Assembly: GCA_964553275.1 (NCBI GenBank)
Contig: CAZKKG010000001.1
Span: 102,993-138,260 of the forward strand
Source: an uncultured Candidatus Saccharibacteria bacterium
GTDB lineage: Bacteria; Patescibacteriota; Minisyncoccia; Minisyncoccales; CAZBVF01
DNA: 35,268 nucleotides
Reading direction: 5' to 3'
The position numbers and the translations under genes were made by a program. Position 1 is the first letter of the stretch, and each line of letters begins with the position of its first letter. The notes under the pieces are model-generated. The model was not told the DNA's origin. It did not search any database and was given only the letters and a program-made list of their open reading frames with translations. Positions 27,758 to 35,268 of this stretch are shown in pieces.

Positions 27758-28111
27758 TGGGGAAAAGAGAAGAAGGCAGGGTTGAAGCATTTTTGCTTCC
27801 TAAAGGGGTAATTGCACTTCCTTTGCAATTTTTGCAAAGCAAAGGCAGAACAAGAACCTTTCCCCCCTTCTTCTCAAACAAATCGTAGCTAAAGGTTACG
27901 ATATAAAGGAGAATCGGAAGAAATCTTTTCAGATTTGAAAATTATCTCATTAATTTTCTCTTCTGAAATCTAAAGATTTTCTTCTCCCTCCTTTTTATTT
28001 CGTTTCCAATGTTTCCTAATCAATAGCTTGGACGCACTCAAGAGAGGTTACTAAAGAGATGACAAACGATATGCGCGGATTTATGAAAAGGCTTTATTAA
28101 ATAAATTTGCC

Positions 28112-28141
28112 TTAAAACAGGGACCATGGCCTCTGTTTTAA
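28112..28141. terminator. Terminator-like hairpin
   Basis: TTAAAACAG...CTGTTTTAA arms around a GC core. Confidence 0.5.
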
Positions 28142-28170
28142 TTTTATCTACAATCAATACCAATAAAAAG

Positions 28171-28195
28171 CTTGTTGAAGCCAGGCTTCAACAAG
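28171..28195. repeat. Perfect palindrome CTTGTTGAAGCC-A-GGCTTCAACAAG
   Basis: 12-bp arms, 1-nt centre, intergenic. Confidence 0.8.
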
Positions 28196-28336
28196 GTGTA
28201 CTAAGATTTGAGGTTTTAAAATAAGGCAACTTATTTAGTTCCGGCAGTATCTTTTTTATGTTTCAGAATATGTACGATTTATGTACATATTGTAGAATAC
28301 AGAAAAGAAGTTGTTAATGCCTAGAATATTAAATCC

Positions 28337-28365
28337 TTGACATATATTCGGGAGTATAATAAAAT
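28337..28365 (+). promoter_or_regulatory. nusA promoter
   Basis: TTGACA-17 nt-TAAAAT. Confidence 0.65.
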
Positions 28366-28404
28366 TAAAGACAGTTGGAACATTACAGAAAATGATTTTT
28401 AAAA

Positions 28405-28433
28405 TGTCCGTTGGAAAACGGGCAATCTTTTTT
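28405..28433 (+). terminator. Leader terminator/attenuator upstream of nusA
   Basis: TGTCCGTT-GGAA-AACGGGCA followed by ATCTTTTTT. Confidence 0.55.
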
Positions 28434-28508
28434 AAACTAATACCAGGTTTCAAAAGATAAATTCCAAGTTATTTCATGGAATTTTATGTTGAAATTTGAC
28501 GATACAAC

Positions 28509-29813
28509 ATGGATTTAAAAACTTTTACCTCAGCCATTGCTCAGATTGCAGAAGAGAAAGGGATTTCTCAAGAAAGAGTTATTGAAACAATAGAATCTGC
28601 AATTGCCGCAGCTTACAAGAAAGATTATGGGAAGAAAGGCCAGATTATTAAAGCCAAACTTGCCCCTGAAACGGGCGGAGTTAAGTTTTGGCGCGTAATG
28701 CAGGTTCTTGATGATTCCATGGTCTATTCTGAAGAGGAAATAGAGGATCTTAAGGAAAAGAAAATAGAGCCTATTGACGATAAAGTTAAGTTTAATCCGG
28801 AAAAGCATATTATGCTCAAAGAAGCCAAAAAAACAGAATCGAAGATAAAAGCAGGAGAGGATTTAATCCAACCCTTAGAAAGTCAAGGCGATTACGGGAG
28901 AATTGCAGCTCAGACAGCAAAGCAGGTTATCTTGCAGAAGATAAGGGAAGCGGAAAAAGAAAGCATCTTTGAGGAATACAAAGAAAAGGAGGGTGAAATC
29001 ATATCGGGGATTATCCAGAGAATAGAAGGAAGAAATATGTATTTTGATATAGGCAAGACCTTAGCTGTTTTAACCAAAGAAGAACAGATTCCCGGAGAAT
29101 TCTACAGACCGGGCCAGAGATTAAAGCTGTACATCTTAAAAGTGGAAGAAAACTCAAGAGGTCCTTTAATCTTTGTTTCCCGCGCCTATCCTAAATTCAT
29201 TTCAAAGCTTTTTGAGCTCGAGGTTCCCGAGATATTGGCAGGCTCTATTGAAATTAAATCCATTGCAAGGGAAGCGGGCTCCAGAACCAAAATAGCGGTT
29301 TCTTCAGAGCAGGAAGGAGTTGATCCTATTGGAAGCTTGGTCGGACAGAAAGGCACCAGAATCTCGGCCGTTATAAACGAGCTTGGAGGAGAAAAGATTG
29401 ATGCCATTGAATATGCAGCAGAACCTGACCAATATGTTGCAAATGCCCTTTCCCCAGCCAAAGTTTTAGAAGTTAAAATTATGCCCAAAAACAAGGCATT
29501 GGCAATTGTGCCAGAAGACCAGATTTCGTTAGCTATCGGCAAGGAAGGCCAGAACGTAAGATTGGCTGCAAAGCTGACGGGATGGAAGATTGACGTTAGG
29601 GGACCTGAAGGCGGAAAAACGGAAGATTTGAAGCGAGAACCCGAAGCAGGAGAAGAAAAGAAAGATGAAAGCAAGAAAAAACCTAAAGAAAAAGATAAAA
29701 AAAAGAAAGCAAAAAAGAAATCTTTAAAGAAAGACGCAAAGGCCAAAAGTTCTAAATCTTCTGAATCCAAAACTTCTGAACCTGAAGAAGAGGACAAAGA
29801 AGATAAAAAGTAA
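28509..29813 (+). CDS. nusA: Transcription termination factor NusA with K/E-rich tail
   Basis: GRIAAQTAKQVI, S1 domain, AREAGSRTKIAV and LAIGKEGQNVRLA. Confidence 0.98.
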   Translation: MDLKTFTSAIAQIAEEKGISQERVIETIESAIAAAYKKDYGKKGQIIKAKLAPETGGVKFWRVMQVLDDSMVYSEEEIEDLKEKKIEPIDDKVKFNPEKHIMLKEAKKTESKIKAGEDLIQPLESQGDYGRIAAQTAKQVILQKIREAEKESIFEEYKEKEGEIISGIIQRIEGRNMYFDIGKTLAVLTKEEQIPGEFYRPGQRLKLYILKVEENSRGPLIFVSRAYPKFISKLFELEVPEILAGSIEIKSIAREAGSRTKIAVSSEQEGVDPIGSLVGQKGTRISAVINELGGEKIDAIEYAAEPDQYVANALSPAKVLEVKIMPKNKALAIVPEDQISLAIGKEGQNVRLAAKLTGWKIDVRGPEGGKTEDLKREPEAGEEKKDESKKKPKEKDKKKKAKKKSLKKDAKAKSSKSSESKTSEPEEEDKEDKK

Positions 29814-29873
29814 GAGCTGATTTGAATTAAAAATTCGTTTTAAACTTTAATTTCTCATTTTTGTTCTAAAAAT

Positions 29874-31871
29874 ATGATATACCTTTCACTTGTTGTTTCC
29901 CTTTGCGCTATATTCTTCTCTTTTTATTTAGCAAACCAAGTTAAGAAAATCTCTCCGGGTTCAAAGAGAATCCAGACTATTTCCGGATATATTGCCGAAG
30001 GAGCAAAAGCGTTTTTAAGAAGAGAATTCGAGATTTTGGCATTCGTCTTGATTTTTTTAGCTTTAATCTTAACTTTTCTTTTCGGTCTTGCTACGGGGAC
30101 TACATTCCTTTTCGGTGCTTTTATTTCTGCCCTTACCGGATATATTGGCATGAAGATAGCCACTCAGGCTAATGGCAGGTGCTGTAATGCTGCCATCTCG
30201 AGTCTTTCTAAAGCATTCGGGGTAGCTTACAAATCAGGTTCGGTAATGGGAATGTCGGTAGTGGGATTCGGCCTTTTGGGGCTTTTAATCGTTTGGCTCG
30301 TCTTTAAGGACCCCAATATTTTGGTTGCCTATGCTTTCGGAGCTTCATTGGTGGGTCTCTTTTTGAGAGTAGGGGGAGGAATCTATACAAAATCAGCAGA
30401 TGTTGGCGCCGATCTTGTGGGAAAGATTGAAAAAGGGATACCGGAAGACGATCTCCGAAACCCCGCTGTTATTGCAGATGCGGTGGGAGACAACGTAGGG
30501 GACATTGCGGGCATAGGTTCGGACCTCTTTGAATCATATGTTTCTGCTATCAGCGCCAGTATTATTCTGGGAATATATATCTTTGGAGAAAAAGGATTGA
30601 TCCTGCCAATTCTTCTCGCCTCGGCAGGAATCATATCTTCAATCATCGGAAATCTCTTGGTTAAAATCCCCGAGGAATCTTCTTTAAAAAAGGATTCTTT
30701 TAATTTTCAAGAGCAGACAGAGAGGGTAAGAAATTCAATGATGAAGGGCCAGACGGCGGCAAACGTTCTAATGGTTGTTTCTGCCTGGGTTATCTGCTAT
30801 AACTTTGGAAGCGTAAAGCTATTCTTGGCCGTGTTGTCGGGAATTTTAGCGGGGGTGCTAATCGGAGAGGCAACCAAGTACTACACTTCCGATAAATACA
30901 AGCCGGTTCAGGAAATTGTCAAAGCGTCTAAGGGGGGCGCTTCCATTAATATAATTGAAGGGCTTTCGCAAGGAATGTTTTCGGTTGCTATTCCGGCAGT
31001 GGGAATTGCAGCAGCCATGATATTGGCTTTTGAGTTTGCGGGGCTTTACGGAATTGCACTGTCCTCTCTTGGAATTTTAGCGGTCTTGGGAATTAACCTG
31101 TCTTCTGACTGCTACGGACCCATTGTTGACAATGCTGCGGGTATAGCGGAAATGGCAAAACTTCCTCCCGAGGTGAGGCAGAGAACGGACGCTTTGGATT
31201 CGGTAGGAAATACAACCGCTGCTACGGGCAAAGGGTTTGATATAGGGTCTGCCGGTCTTGCCGCAATGGCTTGGATTGCAACATTTTTTGCAGTAGCAAA
31301 CATAGAAACGGTTAACCTCATAAACCCAAGGGTGATTGGAGGAATCTTTGTGGGAGCAGCCCTTTCGTTCCTGTTCTGCGCCATTACCATAAGAGCGGTT
31401 TCCAAGGGAGCGTTCTCGGTAGTGGAAGAAGTAAGGAGGCAGTTTAAGGAAATTAAAGGGTTAATGGAAGGAAGAGCAAGGCCCGATTATTCAAAATGCG
31501 TTGACCTAACCACAAAGAGAGCCTTAAAAGAAATGATCTTGCCCGGGTTTTTAGTCATTTTCATTCCCCTTTTAACCGGTTTTGTCTTTGGCCTGGAAAT
31601 GCTCGGAGGCCTTTTAGTAGGCGCTTTAGTTTCAGGGTTTTTGCTTGCAATAATGATGGCTAATGCCGGAGGCGCCTGGGATAATGCTAAAAAATACATT
31701 GAGTCGGACGAGTCTGAAGAGAGGGGTTCTCAGGCTCACAGGGCAGCGGTGGTTGGCGATACCGTTGGAGATCCCATGAAAGACACCGCAGGTCCCTCGC
31801 TTAACATTCTAATCAAGCTCATAGGGGAAGTATCGGTAATCTTTGTTCCCCTGTTCCTGCTTTTTAATTAA
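29874..31871 (+). CDS. hppA: Membrane-bound ion-translocating pyrophosphatase, K+-dependent type (probably Na+)
   Basis: GGGIYTKSADVGADLVGKIE, DAVGDNVGD, DLFESY, GNTTAA and GDTVGDPMKD. Confidence 0.95.
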   Translation: MIYLSLVVSLCAIFFSFYLANQVKKISPGSKRIQTISGYIAEGAKAFLRREFEILAFVLIFLALILTFLFGLATGTTFLFGAFISALTGYIGMKIATQANGRCCNAAISSLSKAFGVAYKSGSVMGMSVVGFGLLGLLIVWLVFKDPNILVAYAFGASLVGLFLRVGGGIYTKSADVGADLVGKIEKGIPEDDLRNPAVIADAVGDNVGDIAGIGSDLFESYVSAISASIILGIYIFGEKGLILPILLASAGIISSIIGNLLVKIPEESSLKKDSFNFQEQTERVRNSMMKGQTAANVLMVVSAWVICYNFGSVKLFLAVLSGILAGVLIGEATKYYTSDKYKPVQEIVKASKGGASINIIEGLSQGMFSVAIPAVGIAAAMILAFEFAGLYGIALSSLGILAVLGINLSSDCYGPIVDNAAGIAEMAKLPPEVRQRTDALDSVGNTTAATGKGFDIGSAGLAAMAWIATFFAVANIETVNLINPRVIGGIFVGAALSFLFCAITIRAVSKGAFSVVEEVRRQFKEIKGLMEGRARPDYSKCVDLTTKRALKEMILPGFLVIFIPLLTGFVFGLEMLGGLLVGALVSGFLLAIMMANAGGAWDNAKKYIESDESEERGSQAHRAAVVGDTVGDPMKDTAGPSLNILIKLIGEVSVIFVPLFLLFN

Positions 31872-31880
31872 AACACATAT

Positions 31881-33197
31881 ATGAAATTTACTCTTAAAAA
31901 ACTGCCGGAATCAAAAGCTGAAATTAACATAGAAGTTCCTTTCGAAGAGTTTGACAAGTATTACAAGGAAGCTCTTTTAAAGATGGGTAAAGATATTGAA
32001 GTTCCCGGCTTTCGCAAGGGGAAAGTTCCTTCCGACGTTATTGAAGGCCGTATCGGCAAGGAAGGGGTTTTGGCCGAAGCTGCCGAGAATGCGGTAAAAG
32101 AAACGTACCTCAAGGCAGTCAAAGAATCAGAAGACAAGATCGAAGCTTTAGGAAGACCCGAGGTTCAGGTATTAAAGCTTGCTCCCGGAAATCCTTTGGA
32201 ATTCAAAGCTGTTCTCTCCATAATGCCGGAAGTAAAGCTGCCGGAATACAAAGAGATTGCAAAGAAGGTCAAAAGGGAAAACCCCGAGGTTTCGGAAAGG
32301 GAGGTTGAAGAATCTTTAAAATGGATTCAGAAATCAAAAGCAAAGTTTACCGCAAAGGATGTTTCCCAGAAAGGCGATTGGGTTGAAATTAAATACAAGC
32401 AATTGGATTTGGAAGGCAAAGAATCAGAAGACGACGCTTCCCAATCTTTTGACGATGCCTTTATTCTCGGAGAGGGAAAACTGATTAAAGGATTCGAAGA
32501 GAATTTAATCGGAATGAAAGCAAATCAAGAAAAAGAGTTCTCTTTTCAAAAAGACGACTCTTCTGAAAATCTAAAGTTCTGGGTTAAAATGAAATCGGTC
32601 CAGAAAATGGAATTGCCGGAATTAAACGATGATTTTGCCAAAAGCATATCCCTCCCTATATATCAAGCTCCGGGACAGCAAAAGCAGGAGTTTGAGAACT
32701 TAACTGCTTTAAAGCAGGCTTTAAAAGCAGGGCTCCTTAAAGAAAAGAGAATTGAAGAAAAGCAAAAGACGAGGCAGGAAATGTTGGAAAAAATATCAGA
32801 GAAAACTGAGATAGAAAAGATTCCCGAAATATTGATTGAAGAGCAGAAAAAGAAGTTCTTGGAAAATCTCAAAGGAGAAGTCTCCAGGAATCTTAAAATG
32901 AGTTTTGAGGACTACCTTAAAAAGATTCAAAAAACGGAACAGGATATGTTAAAAACCTTTGAAGAGCCGGCTAAAAAGCAGGTAAAAACTTCTCTTGCCT
33001 TAAGGGAGATTCAAAAAAAAGAGAATATTGAGGTTTCTGACAAGGAAATACAGGAAGAAATCGAGAAGATTCTCAAGGACTATGCTTTACAGGGAATACA
33101 AGAGAAAGACATTGACCCGGAGCGCCTCAAAAGTTATACTAAAGAAGTAATTAAGCAGGAAAAGGCTTTCCAAATCTTGGAATCCTGCCTGCAATAG
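31881..33197 (+). CDS. tig: Trigger factor
   Basis: [14 protein letters not shown]-like domain, upstream of clpP. Confidence 0.95.
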   Translation: MKFTLKKLPESKAEINIEVPFEEFDKYYKEALLKMGKDIEVPGFRKGKVPSDVIEGRIGKEGVLAEAAENAVKETYLKAVKESEDKIEALGRPEVQVLKLAPGNPLEFKAVLSIMPEVKLPEYKEIAKKVKRENPEVSEREVEESLKWIQKSKAKFTAKDVSQKGDWVEIKYKQLDLEGKESEDDASQSFDDAFILGEGKLIKGFEENLIGMKANQEKEFSFQKDDSSENLKFWVKMKSVQKMELPELNDDFAKSISLPIYQAPGQQKQEFENLTALKQALKAGLLKEKRIEEKQKTRQEMLEKISEKTEIEKIPEILIEEQKKKFLENLKGEVSRNLKMSFEDYLKKIQKTEQDMLKTFEEPAKKQVKTSLALREIQKKENIEVSDKEIQEEIEKILKDYALQGIQEKDIDPERLKSYTKEVIKQEKAFQILESCLQ

Positions 33198-33207
33198 AAT
33201 AAAGCTT

Positions 33208-33792
33208 ATGAACCTTATACCAACAGTTGTTGAGAAAACCCAAAGAGGGGAGAGGGTCTATGACATCTATTCCAGACTTTTGAAAGAAAGGATAATTTTT
33301 CTTGCAGGTCCCATAGACGATGTTGTGGCAAATTCTGTTATTGCCCAGTTGCTCTTTCTCGCCTCTCAGGATTCCAAAAAAGACATACAATTGTATGTTA
33401 ATTCTCCGGGTGGCTCTGTTACTGCGGGTCTTGCGATTTATGACACAATGCAGTATGTAAATTGTCCTATCTCAACCGTTTGCGTCGGTATGGCAGCATC
33501 AATGGGAGCGACCCTTTTAGCTGCAGGAGCCAAAGGCAAGAGATTTGCCCTGCCAAACGCAGAAATTCTTTTGCATCAGGTAGCGGGAGGAGTAACGGGC
33601 CAGGCGGTAGAGATTGAGATTACCGCAAGACAGATTATTAAGATTAAAGATAAGCTGAATAAAATCCTGGCTAAACATACGGGTCAGTCTCTTTCAAAAG
33701 TGGAAAAGGACACCGACAGGGATTTTTATCTTTCCTCTGACGAAGCCAAAAAATACGGCATTATTGACGAGGTTATTAAAGCAAAGGCATAA
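33208..33792 (+). CDS. clpP: ATP-dependent Clp protease proteolytic subunit
   Basis: [32 protein letters not shown] and DTDRD. Confidence 0.98.
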   Translation: MNLIPTVVEKTQRGERVYDIYSRLLKERIIFLAGPIDDVVANSVIAQLLFLASQDSKKDIQLYVNSPGGSVTAGLAIYDTMQYVNCPISTVCVGMAASMGATLLAAGAKGKRFALPNAEILLHQVAGGVTGQAVEIEITARQIIKIKDKLNKILAKHTGQSLSKVEKDTDRDFYLSSDEAKKYGIIDEVIKAKA

Positions 33793-33793
33793 T

Positions 33794-34096
33794 ATGTCCA
33801 AACCCAAGCTTCCCGAATCTTTTAAACCCCTTCTTTGGTCTTACCGTTTTTCCGAAATTGATCCTAGAGAAAACAAAGAAAGAATTATTATCAATACCAT
33901 TAATTATGGAGATTGGAGTCATTGGCAATGGATTGTCAGATTTTATGGAAAGAAGGAATTAAAAAAGATAATAGAGGATATTCCGGTCAGTGAGTTTCAA
34001 AAGAGAGCTTTAAATTTAATTTGTCTATTGTTAAAAATAGATAAGATGAAATATGAAACTCGAGGCGCTAAAATCAGAGCAGCAGAAAATACTTGA
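33794..34096 (+). CDS. Small protein of the type preceding AbiEii-like nucleotidyltransferases (DUF6922-like)
   Basis: LLWSY..ID...II..INYG..WQWI..YG pattern; overlaps the start of an NTase-like remnant. Confidence 0.6.
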   Translation: MSKPKLPESFKPLLWSYRFSEIDPRENKERIIINTINYGDWSHWQWIVRFYGKKELKKIIEDIPVSEFQKRALNLICLLLKIDKMKYETRGAKIRAAENT

Positions 34097-34169
34097 GAAA
34101 TTGAAATATTTTCCAGAATTCTATTTAATCCGCTTTTTATCGAAGGCGGTTTTTAATAGGGAAAAATAA
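34053..34169 (+). pseudogene. Truncated AbiEii/AbiGii-like nucleotidyltransferase
   Basis: MKLEALKSEQQKILEKLKYFPEFYL breaks off just before the expected xGGT motif and runs into a terminator. Confidence 0.55.
34130..34155 (+). terminator. Intrinsic terminator
   Basis: CCGCTTTT-TATC-GAAGGCGG followed by TTTTT. Confidence 0.6.
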
Positions 34170-34286
34170 TTTGAGGGGAGAATGGAAACTTTATAAATTA
34201 TTATATTATTGACAAACTTTATAAAGTTATGCGGAGAAAGAAAATAGTTCTTACTTGGTACTTAATATCATTTTTGACGTAACTTA

Positions 34287-34320
34287 AACTGGAAGTACCC
34301 ATAAATGGGTACTTCCAGTT
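34287..34320. repeat. Perfect palindrome with 16-bp arms
   Basis: AACTGGAAGTACCCAT-AA-ATGGGTACTTCCAGTT. Confidence 0.9.
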
Positions 34321-34514
34321 CACGAATTGATTTTTTTATCTATGAGGAAGGATTATATTCTAAAGTTAATGAGATCCAAGAACACCGTTTTTACCACAAA
34401 CAACATTTATAAAAGAGTGTTGAGATTCAACCTCGACAGGATGAGAAAGAGCCAAATCTTACAAATCATTACGATTATCTGATTTGACTTGTTCTCTCAT
34501 TTTGTCATATTCTA

Positions 34515-34778
34515 ATGAGAGAGCTTATGTTAGAAATTAAACTTCCTGTTTCTATTCTTCGGGAAGATAAAAAATATATTGCTTATACCCCTGCTTTAGA
34601 TTTATCAACCTCTGGGAAAAATTACGAAGAGGCTAAAAGTCGATTTGAAGAAATTGTTGATATTTTTTTCGAAGAACTTGTTAAAAAGGGCACATTAAGA
34701 GAAGTTCTGCAGGATTTAGGATGGAAACGTGCGCGAACAAAATGGATTCCTCCAATAGTGCTTGACAGGAGGCTTTAG
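34515..34778 (+). CDS. HicB-like antitoxin, no partner hicA seen, possibly 3'-truncated (start may be 34527)
   Basis: EDKKYIAYTPALDLSTSGKNYEEAKSRFEE HicB-type fold. Confidence 0.7.
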   Translation: MRELMLEIKLPVSILREDKKYIAYTPALDLSTSGKNYEEAKSRFEEIVDIFFEELVKKGTLREVLQDLGWKRARTKWIPPIVLDRRL

Positions 34779-34813
34779 ACAAGTTAAACTTAAGATAAAC
34801 TAAAGTTTAACTT
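34762..34813 (+). promoter_or_regulatory. TA promoter with operator inverted repeat
   Basis: TTGACA-17 nt-TAAACT; AAGTTAAACTT (34781-34791) and AAGTTTAACTT (34803-34813) form a perfect 11-bp IR over the -10. Confidence 0.75.
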
Positions 34814-34819
34814 AGAATT

Positions 34820-35032
34820 ATGGATAATATTATAAACCTCAAAAGTTTAAGAGAGAATATGCAAGAATATGCCCAAAAGGTTGAAAAGGGCCGTTCTTTC
34901 ATTGTCTTTAAAAGATCTAAACCATTATTTAGAATTTCTCCCATTGAGGAGTCTCCCTGGGAGGAAGTAATAGATTTTACCAGAATAAAGAAAGGAGGAG
35001 TTGATATCAAAGAACTATTGAAGCGTATATAA
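34820..35032 (+). CDS. Phd/YefM-family antitoxin
   Basis: IINLKSLREN..EYAQKVEKGRSFIVFKRSKPLFRISP. Confidence 0.8.
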   Translation: MDNIINLKSLRENMQEYAQKVEKGRSFIVFKRSKPLFRISPIEESPWEEVIDFTRIKKGGVDIKELLKRI

Positions 35033-35041
35033 TTATTCTAT

Positions 35042-35268
35042 ATGGATAAGATTAAGAAAGCGTTAAATAAATTAAGTTCTAAAGAAAGACAACAGCTTAA
35101 AAAGATTCTTTCTCAGATAAACAACAGAGATTTTCAAGACTTAGACCTAAAAAAACTAAAAGGAAAAGATGATGTTTTTCGTATCCGTAAGGGGAATATG
35201 CGTATTATCTTTCATAAGCTTAATAATTCTATTAAAGTTTTAAGCGTGGAACGCAGAAACAGCAAAAC
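35042..35268 (+). CDS. RelE/ParE-family toxin (partial, runs off the window)
   Basis: MDKIKKALNKL..DLKKLKGKDDVFRIRKGNMRIIF; directly after the antitoxin. Confidence 0.8.
   Translation, partial: MDKIKKALNKLSSKERQQLKKILSQINNRDFQDLDLKKLKGKDDVFRIRKGNMRIIFHKLNNSIKVLSVERRNSK

Noticed and set aside
25686-28508. Exact oriC call
   Set aside because: Only one perfect DnaA box (25785) and isolated one-mismatch boxes (e.g. 28144); no cluster and no dnaA

Overview
AT-rich chromosomal segment that looks like a Patescibacteria/CPR (Parcubacteria-like) genome; this is inferred from gene style and not proven. The left two thirds is mostly minus-strand. It holds a relaxase-free VirB4/PrgI/VirB6-like cluster whose VirB4 carries a 667-aa LAGLIDADG intein starting with Thr, plus rsmA, a LysM-CHAP hydrolase, a dksA-like gene, pnp, an NYN gene, rpsO, tRNA-Lys and a 1281-aa pilin-anchored Cys-rich surface protein with an HFS motif. 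Gene orientation flips near 23.2 kb, beside two parS sites, which suggests an origin-proximal location. The right part is plus-strand: CCA-adding enzyme, tRNAs, nusA, hppA, tig, clpP and a decaying toxin-antitoxin cluster. The best candidates for undescribed systems are (1) an HTH-LAGLIDADG-like gene lying between an orphan 22-nt tRNA 5' fragment and an intact tRNA-Lys that it overlaps, a possible tRNA-homing cassette, and (2) two tRNA-adjacent NYN RNase cassettes, one intact and one remnant, each followed by a convergent promoter-hairpin-terminator unit that could be an RNA antitoxin. All calls come from reading the sequence; no searches were run.
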